IMG/VR virus record: IMGVR_UViG_2811995041_000003
Location: 1,923 to 65,922 of that record
Reading direction: 5' to 3' (one strand)
DNA: 64,000 nucleotides
DNA from: a virus
Positions 1-9,310 of the stretch are shown here, in pieces. The notes under the pieces are model-generated. The model was not told where the DNA came from, ran no database searches, and saw only the letters and a program-made list of their open reading frames with translations. Position 1 is the stretch's first letter; the number at the start of each line of letters is the position of its first letter. The position numbers and the translations under genes were made by a program.

Positions 1-360
1 GAAATTAAAAAGCCGGTAATTACGAAGGAGCAGGCGGAGGCATTCGAAAAGTTACGAGAACAGTACACTGACGAAGAGATTGTTATTAAGTACATCGAAA
101 GTGAACTAGATTTATTCGATTCTGGTTGCGCTTGTTTGTACGACCTTGGGTTTACGGACTTTTTAGCCGCATTAATCAACGGATATGAAGTCGAAAAGAC
201 GCCGGAGGAGAAGGTGCGCGAGTATTACGCGGCCAATTACCAGCGACATGAGCAATCCATGCCTCGCAGTAAGGACGATTTTTACACATCAGGCGTTGCG
301 GAAGGAGTCCGAAATACACTCGACTGCCTCGGAATCAAAATCGAAGGAGTGAGTGCGTAA
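1..360 (+). CDS. Phage hypothetical protein (DUF1642-like), 5'-truncated by window edge
   Basis: Frame open from base 1 (EIKKPVITKEQAEAF...AALINGYEVEKTPEEKV) to TAA at 358-360. Confidence 0.6.
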   Translation, partial: EIKKPVITKEQAEAFEKLREQYTDEEIVIKYIESELDLFDSGCACLYDLGFTDFLAALINGYEVEKTPEEKVREYYAANYQRHEQSMPRSKDDFYTSGVAEGVRNTLDCLGIKIEGVSA

Positions 361-725
361 TGACAAAAGATGAACTCGAAGCGATCCGTCAGCGTGTGGA
401 AGCAACAACGGAGAGCTATTGGGCCGCAGATGATAGTGAGTGGCCGGGAAACGAAAATCTTCGCTATTGGGTAAAAACACATTGGGACGGCGTTGCGGCG
501 GCAGTAACGAAAGAAGACGCAGATTTCATCGCAAACGCACGCCAAGACATTCCGGAGTTACTCGACTACGTTGCGGAGGTTGAACAAGAACTAAGAGAGG
601 CAACGTTAATTATCGATCGAGTCGAGAATTTACTTAGCAAGATGCGATACGGAACGGAATACGAAGTGTACGGTGAAGTTTATCGATTCCTTTACGGAAA
701 GGATGACGAAGATGACAACGTATGA
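360..725 (+). CDS. Phage hypothetical protein (Ead/Ea22-like)
   Basis: RBS AAGGAG; 'ELEAIRQR...DADFIANARQDIPELL' motif. Confidence 0.55.
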   Translation: MTKDELEAIRQRVEATTESYWAADDSEWPGNENLRYWVKTHWDGVAAAVTKEDADFIANARQDIPELLDYVAEVEQELREATLIIDRVENLLSKMRYGTEYEVYGEVYRFLYGKDDEDDNV

Positions 726-1089
726 CTCAAAGCCGGTCGCCAAGTGGAACACGCGCGATTTCCAGGCGTACCTCAAAGCGGAGCACGAACGGCTTTACGG
801 CGTCCCGTACGTACCTTTTCGCGGCTACCAAGCCGAAGCGGGAATGCTCGGTCATTGGGTCGGAACGAAGCGGAAGCCAGGCGAATACGGGCCGGAAATA
901 ACGAAGCGGTTCATCGATCTGTGCTTTGCGCAATATAGGCCTACGGCAGAATGGCCGGGTATCAGCTTCGGATTTATGCAGACGTATATGGGACGGAATT
1001 TGCAGCGGGCAGTGGCGGAAATCAGGGCCGAAGAAGCGGCGCAACAAAGGCGGGAGCAGCAGGCGGAAATCGGCGACGACTTTTATTAA
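712..1089 (+). CDS. Hypothetical replication-module protein
   Basis: ATG 712 after AAGGA; lies just upstream of the helicase loader. Confidence 0.55.
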   Translation: MTTYDSKPVAKWNTRDFQAYLKAEHERLYGVPYVPFRGYQAEAGMLGHWVGTKRKPGEYGPEITKRFIDLCFAQYRPTAEWPGISFGFMQTYMGRNLQRAVAEIRAEEAAQQRREQQAEIGDDFY

Positions 1090-1104
1090 ACGGAGGATTG
1101 CGAA

Positions 1105-1251
1105 ATGGCTTTAAAGTATACGATGGATAAAGACGAAATGATCGAAGCTATGGCGCAGTGGCTTACACGAAAAGGTTATGCGCCTGTGCACGGAAAGATA
1201 TTAGTTAACTTTGAAGAAATTAGAGCGGAGTTTATTATCCGCGAAAAGTAG
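1105..1251 (+). CDS. Small hypothetical protein (48 aa, MALKYTMDKDEMIEAMAQWL...)
   Basis: GGAGG RBS; fills the gap between ORFs; read by hand. Confidence 0.6.
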   Translation: MALKYTMDKDEMIEAMAQWLTRKGYAPVHGKILVNFEEIRAEFIIREK

Positions 1252-1264
1252 GAGGTGAACGCCA

Positions 1265-2032
1265 TTGACTAACGAAAGAAACTGCGTCCTGGCTAACGGG
1301 TGCAAAGCGGCCGGCACGTCCGCCTGTACCCGCCAATGCCCGCACTTCATCGCACTACACGGCGCATCGGGCAACGGCGGCCGATCTGCGGCGGCAGGAT
1401 TACCGCGAGAATACCGCCTAACAACGCTCGCCAATTCTCCGGCCAGAGCGGGGCAGCCTGCGGTATATAAATCGGTTGAAAACTACGTCAAGACGTTCGA
1501 GCGCCAATTTGAACAAACGGAAGGCTATATCGAACCGGCTGACCGGATTAAGTCGTTGTATCTATACAGCGCGAACTCCGGCACCGGAAAGACGACGACA
1601 GCGGCGGCAATCCTTAACGAATGGCTGCGCGTCCATTACAGCGGATCTTTGCGGAGAGGTTTAACGCCATCACTACGTCCCGCCTATTTCCTCGATGTGA
1701 ACGAATGGCAGACGGAATTCAACCTCGCAACCATGACGAACGACGAGGACGGCCTAGCGGAATTCCAACGTAAGATGACGCTTGCGATGTCGGCTCCCTT
1801 TGCGGTGCTGGATGACGTAGGTGTGCGGGATTGTACGCCAGCATTTCGCGGATATCTTCACGCAATAGTTAACGCGAGAGTGACGAATCAACTTCCGACG
1901 ATATACACGAGCAACATTGCGATCGAACGGCTGCCGGACGTTTTCGGAGAGCAACGTCTGACGGACCGGATTCGTGACCTATGCCGCGTAATTGAATTCG
2001 AAGGAGAATCGAAAAGGGGGCTGCGGAGATGA
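1265..2032 (+). CDS. DnaC/IstB-like helicase loader ATPase
   Basis: Cys-rich N-terminus, Walker A (NSGTGKTT), Walker B (VLDDVG), 'PTIYTSN', 'RLTDRI'. Confidence 0.85.
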   Translation: MTNERNCVLANGCKAAGTSACTRQCPHFIALHGASGNGGRSAAAGLPREYRLTTLANSPARAGQPAVYKSVENYVKTFERQFEQTEGYIEPADRIKSLYLYSANSGTGKTTTAAAILNEWLRVHYSGSLRRGLTPSLRPAYFLDVNEWQTEFNLATMTNDEDGLAEFQRKMTLAMSAPFAVLDDVGVRDCTPAFRGYLHAIVNARVTNQLPTIYTSNIAIERLPDVFGEQRLTDRIRDLCRVIEFEGESKRGLRR

Positions 2033-2529
2033 AAGCCGACATCACTTTCGGAGACTTGGTCGCAGTAGACGGATACCCGGACCGTATTTTCTACGTTGAT
2101 GCGCGGCGGAAAGTCGAAGAGGAGGACGATACCGGCGTCTCCAATTACGTCGAGTTCGATCTGACGGACGCAATTCACGGCGAATGGATTCTCGCTGATT
2201 CGAACGACATCCGCCTAGTCTGCCGCAGTCAGTTTGTTGACGAATATCTTGACGGAGTTGATTACGAAAACTATCCGGAGCCGGAGGGAACGGCGTTTCA
2301 CTTTGCGGAATTTCTTCCGGAATTACCGTATGCCGATACCGTAGCTAAGCTTAGCGAAGGAATTAAAAAGGCGTGGGATGATATGGCGAAAGACAAGGCG
2401 AAGAAAATTGATGATCTGCTCGACGAGTTAAACGATTACAAGCGTTTGGAAGCGATGTACGGCGATGAGGAATATAAGGCGAAGCAGGACGAGGCGAAGG
2501 CGAAATTAAAGCGGGAGGTCAAGCGGTGA
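2029..2529 (+). CDS. Hypothetical protein
   Basis: ATGA-coupled ORF in the operon. Confidence 0.65.
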   Translation: MKADITFGDLVAVDGYPDRIFYVDARRKVEEEDDTGVSNYVEFDLTDAIHGEWILADSNDIRLVCRSQFVDEYLDGVDYENYPEPEGTAFHFAEFLPELPYADTVAKLSEGIKKAWDDMAKDKAKKIDDLLDELNDYKRLEAMYGDEEYKAKQDEAKAKLKREVKR

Positions 2530-3317
2530 TGAACGAATTACAAAAAGTATTCAATTATCAAGATCAACAGGTGAGGACAGTCGTTAAGGACGGTGAACCT
2601 TGGTTTGTTGCAAAAGATGTCTGCGATGTTTTAGGGATTACAGACGCTCGAAAATCAGTGAATTTACTTGATGAAGATGAGCGGAATAGTATTCCGGTCA
2701 CTGATTCATTAGGGCGAAATCAAGAAACATTCATTATCAACGAACCGGGTCTTTATTCTCTGATTTTAAGAAGCCGCAAACCAGAGGCCAAACAATTCAA
2801 AAGATGGATCACTCACGAAGTCATTCCGACAATCAGAAAAACGGGCGGCTATGTAGTGAATGACGATCTATTCATTCAAACGTATCTGCCGTTTGCAGAC
2901 GACCAAACAAAACTTTTATTTAGCGCAACTTTAGAGACTGTACGCAAGCAAAACGAAGTAATTTCCGAAATGAAACCGAAAGCGGAGGAACATGATCGTT
3001 TTATTTCCGCGACAAATGTGCAGACGTTAGAGCAAGTAGCCAAATCGATTGGAATTGGCCGAAACAAATTAACGACATTCTTACGGACAATCGGTGTATT
3101 TGTTCGGAAAGAAGGCTCGCCGGTTCCTTATCAGCGCTACATCAACGAAGGCTATTTTAAAGTTAAACAATCACCGTCTAGGTATTACGGAGTTAACTTT
3201 GTACAGACATATGTTACTGCGAAGGGCGTTTCTTTCATCGATAGGAAGCTGGAAGAGTACGGAGGAGCACGAGCGGTCAACGCATTGAGGATGAAGGAAA
3301 TCGAACATATAGCGTAA
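2526..3317 (+). CDS. Phage antirepressor (BRO-N + ANT/KilAC)
   Basis: 'GEPWFVAKDVCDVLG', 'INEPGLYSLILRSRKPEAKQFKRWITHEVIPTIRKTGGY', 'PYQRYINEGYFKVK...TYVTAKG'. Confidence 0.92.
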   Translation: MMNELQKVFNYQDQQVRTVVKDGEPWFVAKDVCDVLGITDARKSVNLLDEDERNSIPVTDSLGRNQETFIINEPGLYSLILRSRKPEAKQFKRWITHEVIPTIRKTGGYVVNDDLFIQTYLPFADDQTKLLFSATLETVRKQNEVISEMKPKAEEHDRFISATNVQTLEQVAKSIGIGRNKLTTFLRTIGVFVRKEGSPVPYQRYINEGYFKVKQSPSRYYGVNFVQTYVTAKGVSFIDRKLEEYGGARAVNALRMKEIEHIA

Positions 3318-3335
3318 GAAGAGGAGGGATCGCGG

Positions 3336-4685
3336 ATGAACTACGGTGTTTTACTGCTATCGAAAGTGATCGAGCAGAACGATCCGAACGCGCTGCTGCG
3401 CTTTAATATTACCGCCGAGGACTTACCAACGGAAGGCGAACGCAAAGCACTCCGATACATCACGGAATACGCAGAGAAACACGGAGGCCGGGCGCCGACT
3501 GCCGAAATGGTGGCGAATGAGGTGCCGGACTTCCAGCCGGATTTTAACATCGAGGCCAGTTACGATTACCTTGCGGAAAAATTGAAGAATTACGCGTCCT
3601 TACGGGACTTTTCCGAAATTGTTAACGGTAGAGGAGACGGCGGAGAATCCGAATTTATGAAGCGGTGGGAGAGCGCGCAAGATAATCCGGAAGAATTTTT
3701 TTCTTGGTTGACGGAGCAAGCCGAAAGATTTAAAATTAGAACAAACGTTCGTAGTTCGGTTGGCACCGACATCAAAAAAGATATCGACAAATTCAAAGCC
3801 GAATACGAAAACCGCAAGGCTGGCGAGTCATTCCGGATCTGGCGCAGTAAATTCGAATTCATAAACCGGGCGATGGGCGGCTATGTTTCGTCGAACGTAT
3901 ACGTTATTTATGGTAAATCCGGACGGGGAAAATCGGCCATAGCGTTGGAGGAAGCGATTAATTGCGCGATGCAGGGGGCGAACGTTCTAATCTGGTCGAT
4001 GGAAATGGGATGGTACGAGGTTCTCGTCAGGCTTTACGTTTCCATTTCGGCAAGCATTGGCGTGACAAAAGCGAATCTTGATGGCGTCGATATTGAGGCC
4101 GGATTTAATTCGCGGGATGTTCGCCAGGGAAAGCTATCCGACGAATTCGAAGCCGGATTTATGGAGTTCCTCGATAAGATGAACGAATTGATTCCGGGTA
4201 ACATCATTGTCCGCGCGGTAGACGACGAGGACTTCGACTCCCGGAAACTCCGCGATCTGAAGGCGGATATACTCGAAACGAAAGCTGACGTCGTTCTAAT
4301 CGATCCGTTTTACTACCTTGATTACGAAAAGAACACGTCAAAGACTGCGGGGGGAGACGCGGCAGAGACTTCGAAAAAACTCCGTCGTCTGGCCGGCCAA
4401 ACAAAAACGACTGTCTTTGCGTTGACGCAAGCAGAAGAAGGCGAAGGGAAAGACGCTGACTTTGAATTAAAACTACCGCAGCGTAAGGACGTCAAGAAAA
4501 CGAAGGCGTTGCTCGAAGATGCTGCGTTATTGATTGCGGTGGATACGAACGCAGAGGAAGGGCGAGGCCTGATCGGTCTGAACAAAGGCCGTGATGGCGG
4601 CGAAGGGAAGAGCGCTGAGATCGTTTATCTGCCGCAGTTTGGCGTCATTAAGCAGCTAGGGGGAGCGGATCAGTTCGATTTCTAA
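3336..4685 (+). CDS. Replicative DNA helicase (DnaB-like, SF4)
   Basis: Walker A GKSGRGKS, 'SMEM', 'VVLIDPFY', 'ALTQ', 'KGRDG'. Confidence 0.88.
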   Translation: MNYGVLLLSKVIEQNDPNALLRFNITAEDLPTEGERKALRYITEYAEKHGGRAPTAEMVANEVPDFQPDFNIEASYDYLAEKLKNYASLRDFSEIVNGRGDGGESEFMKRWESAQDNPEEFFSWLTEQAERFKIRTNVRSSVGTDIKKDIDKFKAEYENRKAGESFRIWRSKFEFINRAMGGYVSSNVYVIYGKSGRGKSAIALEEAINCAMQGANVLIWSMEMGWYEVLVRLYVSISASIGVTKANLDGVDIEAGFNSRDVRQGKLSDEFEAGFMEFLDKMNELIPGNIIVRAVDDEDFDSRKLRDLKADILETKADVVLIDPFYYLDYEKNTSKTAGGDAAETSKKLRRLAGQTKTTVFALTQAEEGEGKDADFELKLPQRKDVKKTKALLEDAALLIAVDTNAEEGRGLIGLNKGRDGGEGKSAEIVYLPQFGVIKQLGGADQFDF

Positions 4686-4706
4686 GACGAAAGGAGTGAG
4701 ACGAAA

Positions 4707-5687
4707 GTGCCGACATTGACGTTAAACGGCCGTCCGGTCGACGTCGACATCCGATATGAACTCGAACAATTCGAATGGACGCGGCCGACTTGGACGGATC
4801 AGCGCTTGCTGGCCGCAAGTCCTTTCCGTTATGACCGGACGCCGAGCTTTTACGTTTATCTCGAAGACACGGCGACCGCGAAGGCCGGCTATTGGGGCGA
4901 TAGCGGCTATTATGACGCAGAGTATGCGCGGGGTGGCTTCGTTAAGCTGCTGGCATTCTTGCGCGAAGAGACCGAAGAGGAGACGGTCGAATACCTGATC
5001 GATGCGTATGCGCCGGAATTGGAAGACGGAAAGCTCACGCTGAGGATGCCGAAGCTAAAGATCGCCAAGAATCGCGAACCGTTGAGAGAATCGATTCTCG
5101 ACGACGTGGCTGCGGGTCCTAACGATTATCTGAAAGGGCGCGGGATCATGCCGGCTGTCCAGCGGCTAATGGGCGTCGGAATGGCTGGCGGTGCGGTTGC
5201 GCTGCCCTGGCGGTTGCCGAACGGGCGGCTCGCTAACGTGAAGTACCGGTCAACGCGGGGCAAGGCGTTCTGGTACGTCAAAGGCGGCTGGCCGATACGG
5301 GACCTTGTTTACGGAATGAACGTCGTATATGATCGGCGGCTGACACGCGTTGTCTTATGCGAGGCGGAGATCGATGCGCAATCGTGGATGACGGCGGGAG
5401 TGCCGGCGATCGGGACCGGTGGGTCTTCGTTCAACCAACGGAAAGCGGATATCATCGTCCAGTCTCCGATCGAACACGTAACAATCGTGACGGATAACGA
5501 TAAGGCCGGCGAGAAGTTGCGGGCGGAGGTCGAGCGTTATTTATACGGGAAAGTCGGACTGGCACACGGGTATATTACGGAAGGAAAGGATGCGAATGAA
5601 CTATTGATTGCGAAGGGAAGAGCGGAGTTGAAGGCGGTGTATGAGCGTGCGGAGGACGTTAAGCGACATATAAAATTGTACGTATAA
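4707..5687 (+). CDS. DNA primase (TOPRIM)
   Basis: 'CEAEIDA', 'DNDKAG', 'KDANE'; follows the helicase. Confidence 0.85.
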   Translation: MPTLTLNGRPVDVDIRYELEQFEWTRPTWTDQRLLAASPFRYDRTPSFYVYLEDTATAKAGYWGDSGYYDAEYARGGFVKLLAFLREETEEETVEYLIDAYAPELEDGKLTLRMPKLKIAKNREPLRESILDDVAAGPNDYLKGRGIMPAVQRLMGVGMAGGAVALPWRLPNGRLANVKYRSTRGKAFWYVKGGWPIRDLVYGMNVVYDRRLTRVVLCEAEIDAQSWMTAGVPAIGTGGSSFNQRKADIIVQSPIEHVTIVTDNDKAGEKLRAEVERYLYGKVGLAHGYITEGKDANELLIAKGRAELKAVYERAEDVKRHIKLYV

Positions 5688-5716
5688 ACACGTACGTCTG
5701 GTCGGCGGAGGATGAC

Positions 5717-5965
5717 TTACTCCTCCGTTTTTGTGTCGGATACCCATTCCCATTCATACAAATCAATCGGATCTACTTTAAGAAATTCCGCGATATTACG
5801 TGCTCGTTCAATACTTGGTATGTGGCGTCGTGAGTTTATATAATGGTTCAATGTTTGCTTTGATATTCCGACCGCGTCTGCTACTTGGACAAGTGTATAT
5901 CCACGAATTTCGCACCACTCGGGTATCCGGCATCTGCCGACCTTATACGTAATAAACACCTCCAT
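5717..5965 (-). CDS. XRE-family HTH regulator divergent from aimR
   Basis: 'TLVQVADAVGISKQTLNHYINSRRHIPSIERARNIAEFL'; true start may be ATT at 5953. Confidence 0.85.
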   Translation of the reverse strand: MEVFITYKVGRCRIPEWCEIRGYTLVQVADAVGISKQTLNHYINSRRHIPSIERARNIAEFLKVDPIDLYEWEWVSDTKTEE

Positions 5966-6033
5966 TCTTCAAGGTGTCCAATTTATTGTATAGTATTGTC
6001 TTTTCAATTTCCATAAATATATAGAAAAAATTA

Positions 6034-6063
6034 TTGACATATCGATAATCAAATAATTATAAT
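6034..6063 (+). promoter_or_regulatory. SigA-type promoter of aimR
   Basis: TTGACA-N18-TATAAT. Confidence 0.75.
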
Positions 6064-6130
6064 TGGGATAAGAACTTTCATCTTAGATTTTCTTCATTAT
6101 TTTTCGAGAGATAGAGGGGGTCTTTACACA

Positions 6131-7357
6131 ATGACAGACGCAAAGACTTTTTTGTTCAATAAGATAGAAGACAGAGACGACTTAACCGATGAAAAGTTAC
6201 TAGGGGTATTAGATGTTTGTTCTAGGCAGCTTACATACTTGAGGAGTGGGCAGAGAAATCTTACCTTTCACCATATGTTAAAACTTTGTATGCTAATTGA
6301 TCCTGCGGAATATAAAAGTTTAATGCGGGAGTTATGTCCGTCCCTTTCTACAGACAACTGCATCAAGAATTCGTTTGAATATGCTGCGGTCACAAGAGAT
6401 CTTGAACTACTCGAGAAACTTTTAGACGTTCATGCGAAGGAAAAAGGTACTGTGGGTGAGTATGTTCGGTTTTATTCATTTTTATTTAAATATATGAAAG
6501 GCGAAATAAAGTTTTACATGTTGAAAGACAGCCTTTCTGAATTCAAAAAATCAAGCGCGCATACCCTTAGAATTCTTGTGGACATTTACGATTGTTTGGC
6601 TGATCTGATAGAAGGAGATTGCCTGAATGTTCTCGAAAAGTCAAAAAATATCGGAGATAATATAAGATCCCTGAACGAAAGAAATTATTCTCTCATGAAA
6701 GAATTTTATGCTTACCGACTGTCCGAAATTTTAGCTCATTCCCACCTACAACTCAACAACCTAGAATCGGCGAGAAAATACGCTAACATTCTTATACACG
6801 CAAATATTAATAAGAGAATAGAGTCTGATTCTTATTATGTCCTTGGAATGTCCCACCTGCTAAGTGATCCAGATAAATGCCTGATGTATCTGAATAAAAG
6901 CTATTCGATAGCGAAAGAGCTTGGAGGTATTTATGAGTCGCTCGGATTCTTTAATTTAAACTTCGCAAAATTACTTCTTAATAACAAGATCGAAGAAGGG
7001 GCGCATCCCTCACTTACTTCCCTACAAAAAGTAATGAATGGGGAGAGCATGTACAACGATGAGTACGACAGTCTGGTAAGTATTAAAGATCCCCAATTCA
7101 TTGATTATGCAGAAAGTTATCGAAGTAAAGAAGATAGAGCAAATAAATTTCTCGATTTTGTGTCCAACTCTAAGTTTTTCTACGCAGTTATTATTGTAAG
7201 GGATATTATAAAAGCGGGAGAGGATTCCGAGTTCGTAATGTCTCTTATAAACCTGAAAAATAATCGAGAAGAAAAAGGAGATGTTTTGTTTGAAGAAGAT
7301 TTTATTAGGAGTTTTAGGGTTGGCAGTGATTATCAGCATCGGATTATTTGGCGTTGA
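6131..7357 (+). CDS. aimR: AimR-family arbitrium peptide receptor (HTH + TPR)
   Basis: 408 aa; N-terminal HTH, 'FEYAAVTRDLELLEKLL', TPR-like helices; 3' end overlaps a signal-peptide ORF. Confidence 0.85.
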   Translation: MTDAKTFLFNKIEDRDDLTDEKLLGVLDVCSRQLTYLRSGQRNLTFHHMLKLCMLIDPAEYKSLMRELCPSLSTDNCIKNSFEYAAVTRDLELLEKLLDVHAKEKGTVGEYVRFYSFLFKYMKGEIKFYMLKDSLSEFKKSSAHTLRILVDIYDCLADLIEGDCLNVLEKSKNIGDNIRSLNERNYSLMKEFYAYRLSEILAHSHLQLNNLESARKYANILIHANINKRIESDSYYVLGMSHLLSDPDKCLMYLNKSYSIAKELGGIYESLGFFNLNFAKLLLNNKIEEGAHPSLTSLQKVMNGESMYNDEYDSLVSIKDPQFIDYAESYRSKEDRANKFLDFVSNSKFFYAVIIVRDIIKAGEDSEFVMSLINLKNNREEKGDVLFEEDFIRSFRVGSDYQHRIIWR

Positions 7358-7409
7358 GGTAGCATCTAATTCGACAGTAGAAACAGCAGCAAATCAATTA
7401 GGAGGTTAA
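7290..7409 (+). CDS. aimP: AimP arbitrium pro-peptide, 39 aa (MKKILLGVLGLAVIISIGLFGVEVASNSTVETAANQLGG)
   Basis: AAAAGGAG RBS, TTG start, Sec-type signal peptide, short C-terminal tail, followed by a terminator; below ORF-track cutoff. Confidence 0.85.
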   Translation: MKKILLGVLGLAVIISIGLFGVEVASNSTVETAANQLGG

Positions 7410-7417
7410 TAAAGGAC

Positions 7418-7449
7418 AAGGCGCGATCTGAAAAGATCGTGTCTTTTTT
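7418..7449 (+). terminator. Intrinsic terminator after aimP
   Basis: AGGCGCGATCT-GAAA-AGATCGTGTCT then T-run. Confidence 0.8.
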
Positions 7450-7610
7450 ATAGGTATATTTTGAACAAGTAGGAATTTTATAGTGTTTGTTCCTTTTTGA
7501 AAAATTCAGTATTTTATATGCTACTATTCTTATAAAGAAACAAAAAAATTATACAAATGAGTGTCCATTCTCTAATCTGGATACGCAGTTATAAGTGAGA
7601 GGTGATTTAG

Positions 7611-8246
7611 TTGAAAATAAACAAAAACTTAATATCGGTCATTGAGAAGTATCAAGGCACAAAAGATCCCAGTATATTTAATCAGGTTTTTGAACACTTT
7701 CAATATCTGATCAAGGGGGTTGCTTTGAAGTACACCAAGAATTGTCGACTTCTTTACGATGACATGGTCAGTGTTCTGAATGAGAGACTATGGTTTTGTA
7801 TCGATAATTTCGATTCAACAAGAACTGACGACATAGAAAACCATCTGAAGGTTCAGTTATTTAGATGTGCCATAGATTTCACAAGAGGAAAACAGATGAC
7901 TTATGTTAATAGAAGAATTCCAGTCGACACAACTGCGGAGGAAAATGCGGCAACATTTGAATCCGACGAGCATTTCAATCTTGAGGAGTACGTAATTTCA
8001 CGTACATCCGGAGAAATAAAAACGGACCATGATAAGCGGCAACTTATCAAGGCCCTCACAGAAAACACCGACTCAATAACGACGGCAATCGTTACTGAGC
8101 ATCTTTCGAGCGAACGACCTACTTACGCATCGATTGGAAAGAAAGTAGGCGTCCATTACAAAAAAGTCGAACGTGTCATTAAAGGATTAGCGAAAAATTA
8201 CGACGCATCGAAACACGGCGAACTTAACGCTTATCTATCTGTATAA
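7611..8246 (+). CDS. Phage RNA polymerase sigma-70-family factor
   Basis: GAGGTGA RBS; region-2-like 'DDMVSVLNERLWFCIDNFD'; region-4 HTH 'TYASIGKKVGVHYKKVERVI'. Confidence 0.7.
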   Translation: MKINKNLISVIEKYQGTKDPSIFNQVFEHFQYLIKGVALKYTKNCRLLYDDMVSVLNERLWFCIDNFDSTRTDDIENHLKVQLFRCAIDFTRGKQMTYVNRRIPVDTTAEENAATFESDEHFNLEEYVISRTSGEIKTDHDKRQLIKALTENTDSITTAIVTEHLSSERPTYASIGKKVGVHYKKVERVIKGLAKNYDASKHGELNAYLSV

Positions 8247-8389
8247 CACGCAGTAAACGTAACTAGCCTCGGGAGGCGTAGCCACATCCTCATGGTAACC
8301 GTTCTCATGTCAAAAGACAAGCGAACAGTATGCGAACACACCTTTCGGTCTAGTGCGTTTTACCTAAACAATATGGAGGCGAACGTACT

Positions 8390-8542
8390 ATGAATATCCC
8401 CAAATTTATCGATTCCAATACGTATCCTGCGCTAGACCATCGCAAACTTACCGAAATTTTATATCAAGGCGCATGGCCGGTCGACGAAGATCCGGCGGAC
8501 TACTACCGTCCACTTTCGATCCAGGTGGTGCGCGTCGGATGA
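8390..8542 (+). CDS. Small hypothetical protein (50 aa, MNIPKFIDSNTYPAL...)
   Basis: GGAGG RBS; ATGA overlap with the next gene. Confidence 0.6.
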   Translation: MNIPKFIDSNTYPALDHRKLTEILYQGAWPVDEDPADYYRPLSIQVVRVG

Positions 8543-9063
8543 AAGTCACGCTATCTCACCACGCAAAGAAACGAATTACCAAGCGCTTTAAGATCGGCAA
8601 CCAAACGCCGGAAGCATGGGCGTCTCAGATGTTATCTAAAGCGATTTACTGCGGCATCGGTCCGGACGACAACGGAGAAGATGCGCGGATATATTCTTAT
8701 CGTAGAGCAACGTTCATGCTCGCGGTAGATGAAGACGTTGTTAAAACCGTAATCCCACCGAATAAAGGCTGCATCAATCGAATTCGGCGTAAAGTGACGA
8801 ATTTCATTACGGAAGAAATTACGAAAATGTCGCAACAAATTACGGAAGAGGTGGCTAGGATCGATAAGTTTCGCGATGAACTCGAAGAAGAAATCGCACA
8901 TTTAGAAGCCCGACTATCTCGCGCCCGGTCATTATCAACTAAATTGGCGTTGCAGGCCCGAATTAATGCGGTTCGAATGCGCATCGACGAACTCCCGGCT
9001 GAATCTCACGAATTGAGACGCGAACTGACGCGTGCAGCGAGAGGAGTCGCCGCCTATGTCTGA
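8539..9063 (+). CDS. Hypothetical protein (N-terminal 'LSHHAKKRITKRF' domain + coiled coil)
   Basis: ATGA-coupled start at 8539. Confidence 0.65.
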   Translation: MKVTLSHHAKKRITKRFKIGNQTPEAWASQMLSKAIYCGIGPDDNGEDARIYSYRRATFMLAVDEDVVKTVIPPNKGCINRIRRKVTNFITEEITKMSQQITEEVARIDKFRDELEEEIAHLEARLSRARSLSTKLALQARINAVRMRIDELPAESHELRRELTRAARGVAAYV

Positions 9064-9151
9064 CGTATGGGTTTTCGAAATTGTTGGCGTCATTGCAGTG
9101 CTTGTAATTGGCGGACTTATTTACGAAGTTAATCGCGAAGAGAGCGAATGA
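9056..9151 (+). CDS. Small single-TM protein (31 aa)
   Basis: GAGGAG RBS; MSDVWVFEIVGVIAVLVIGGLIYEVNREESE. Confidence 0.55.
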   Translation: MSDVWVFEIVGVIAVLVIGGLIYEVNREESE

Positions 9152-9310
9152 GGGCGGCGAATGTGCGGCCCGGTGCTCGGAGAATGTCGGGGTGTCCGTT
9201 AAGTAAAAGAGTCGCGTCGCTACGGCTTAGCGCTGGCGGCGTTTCGGACGCAGATACCGGCATTTTGCGAGGGCGAAAAGCCTCAAAATTAAAACGTAGG
9301 GGGAAATCGA

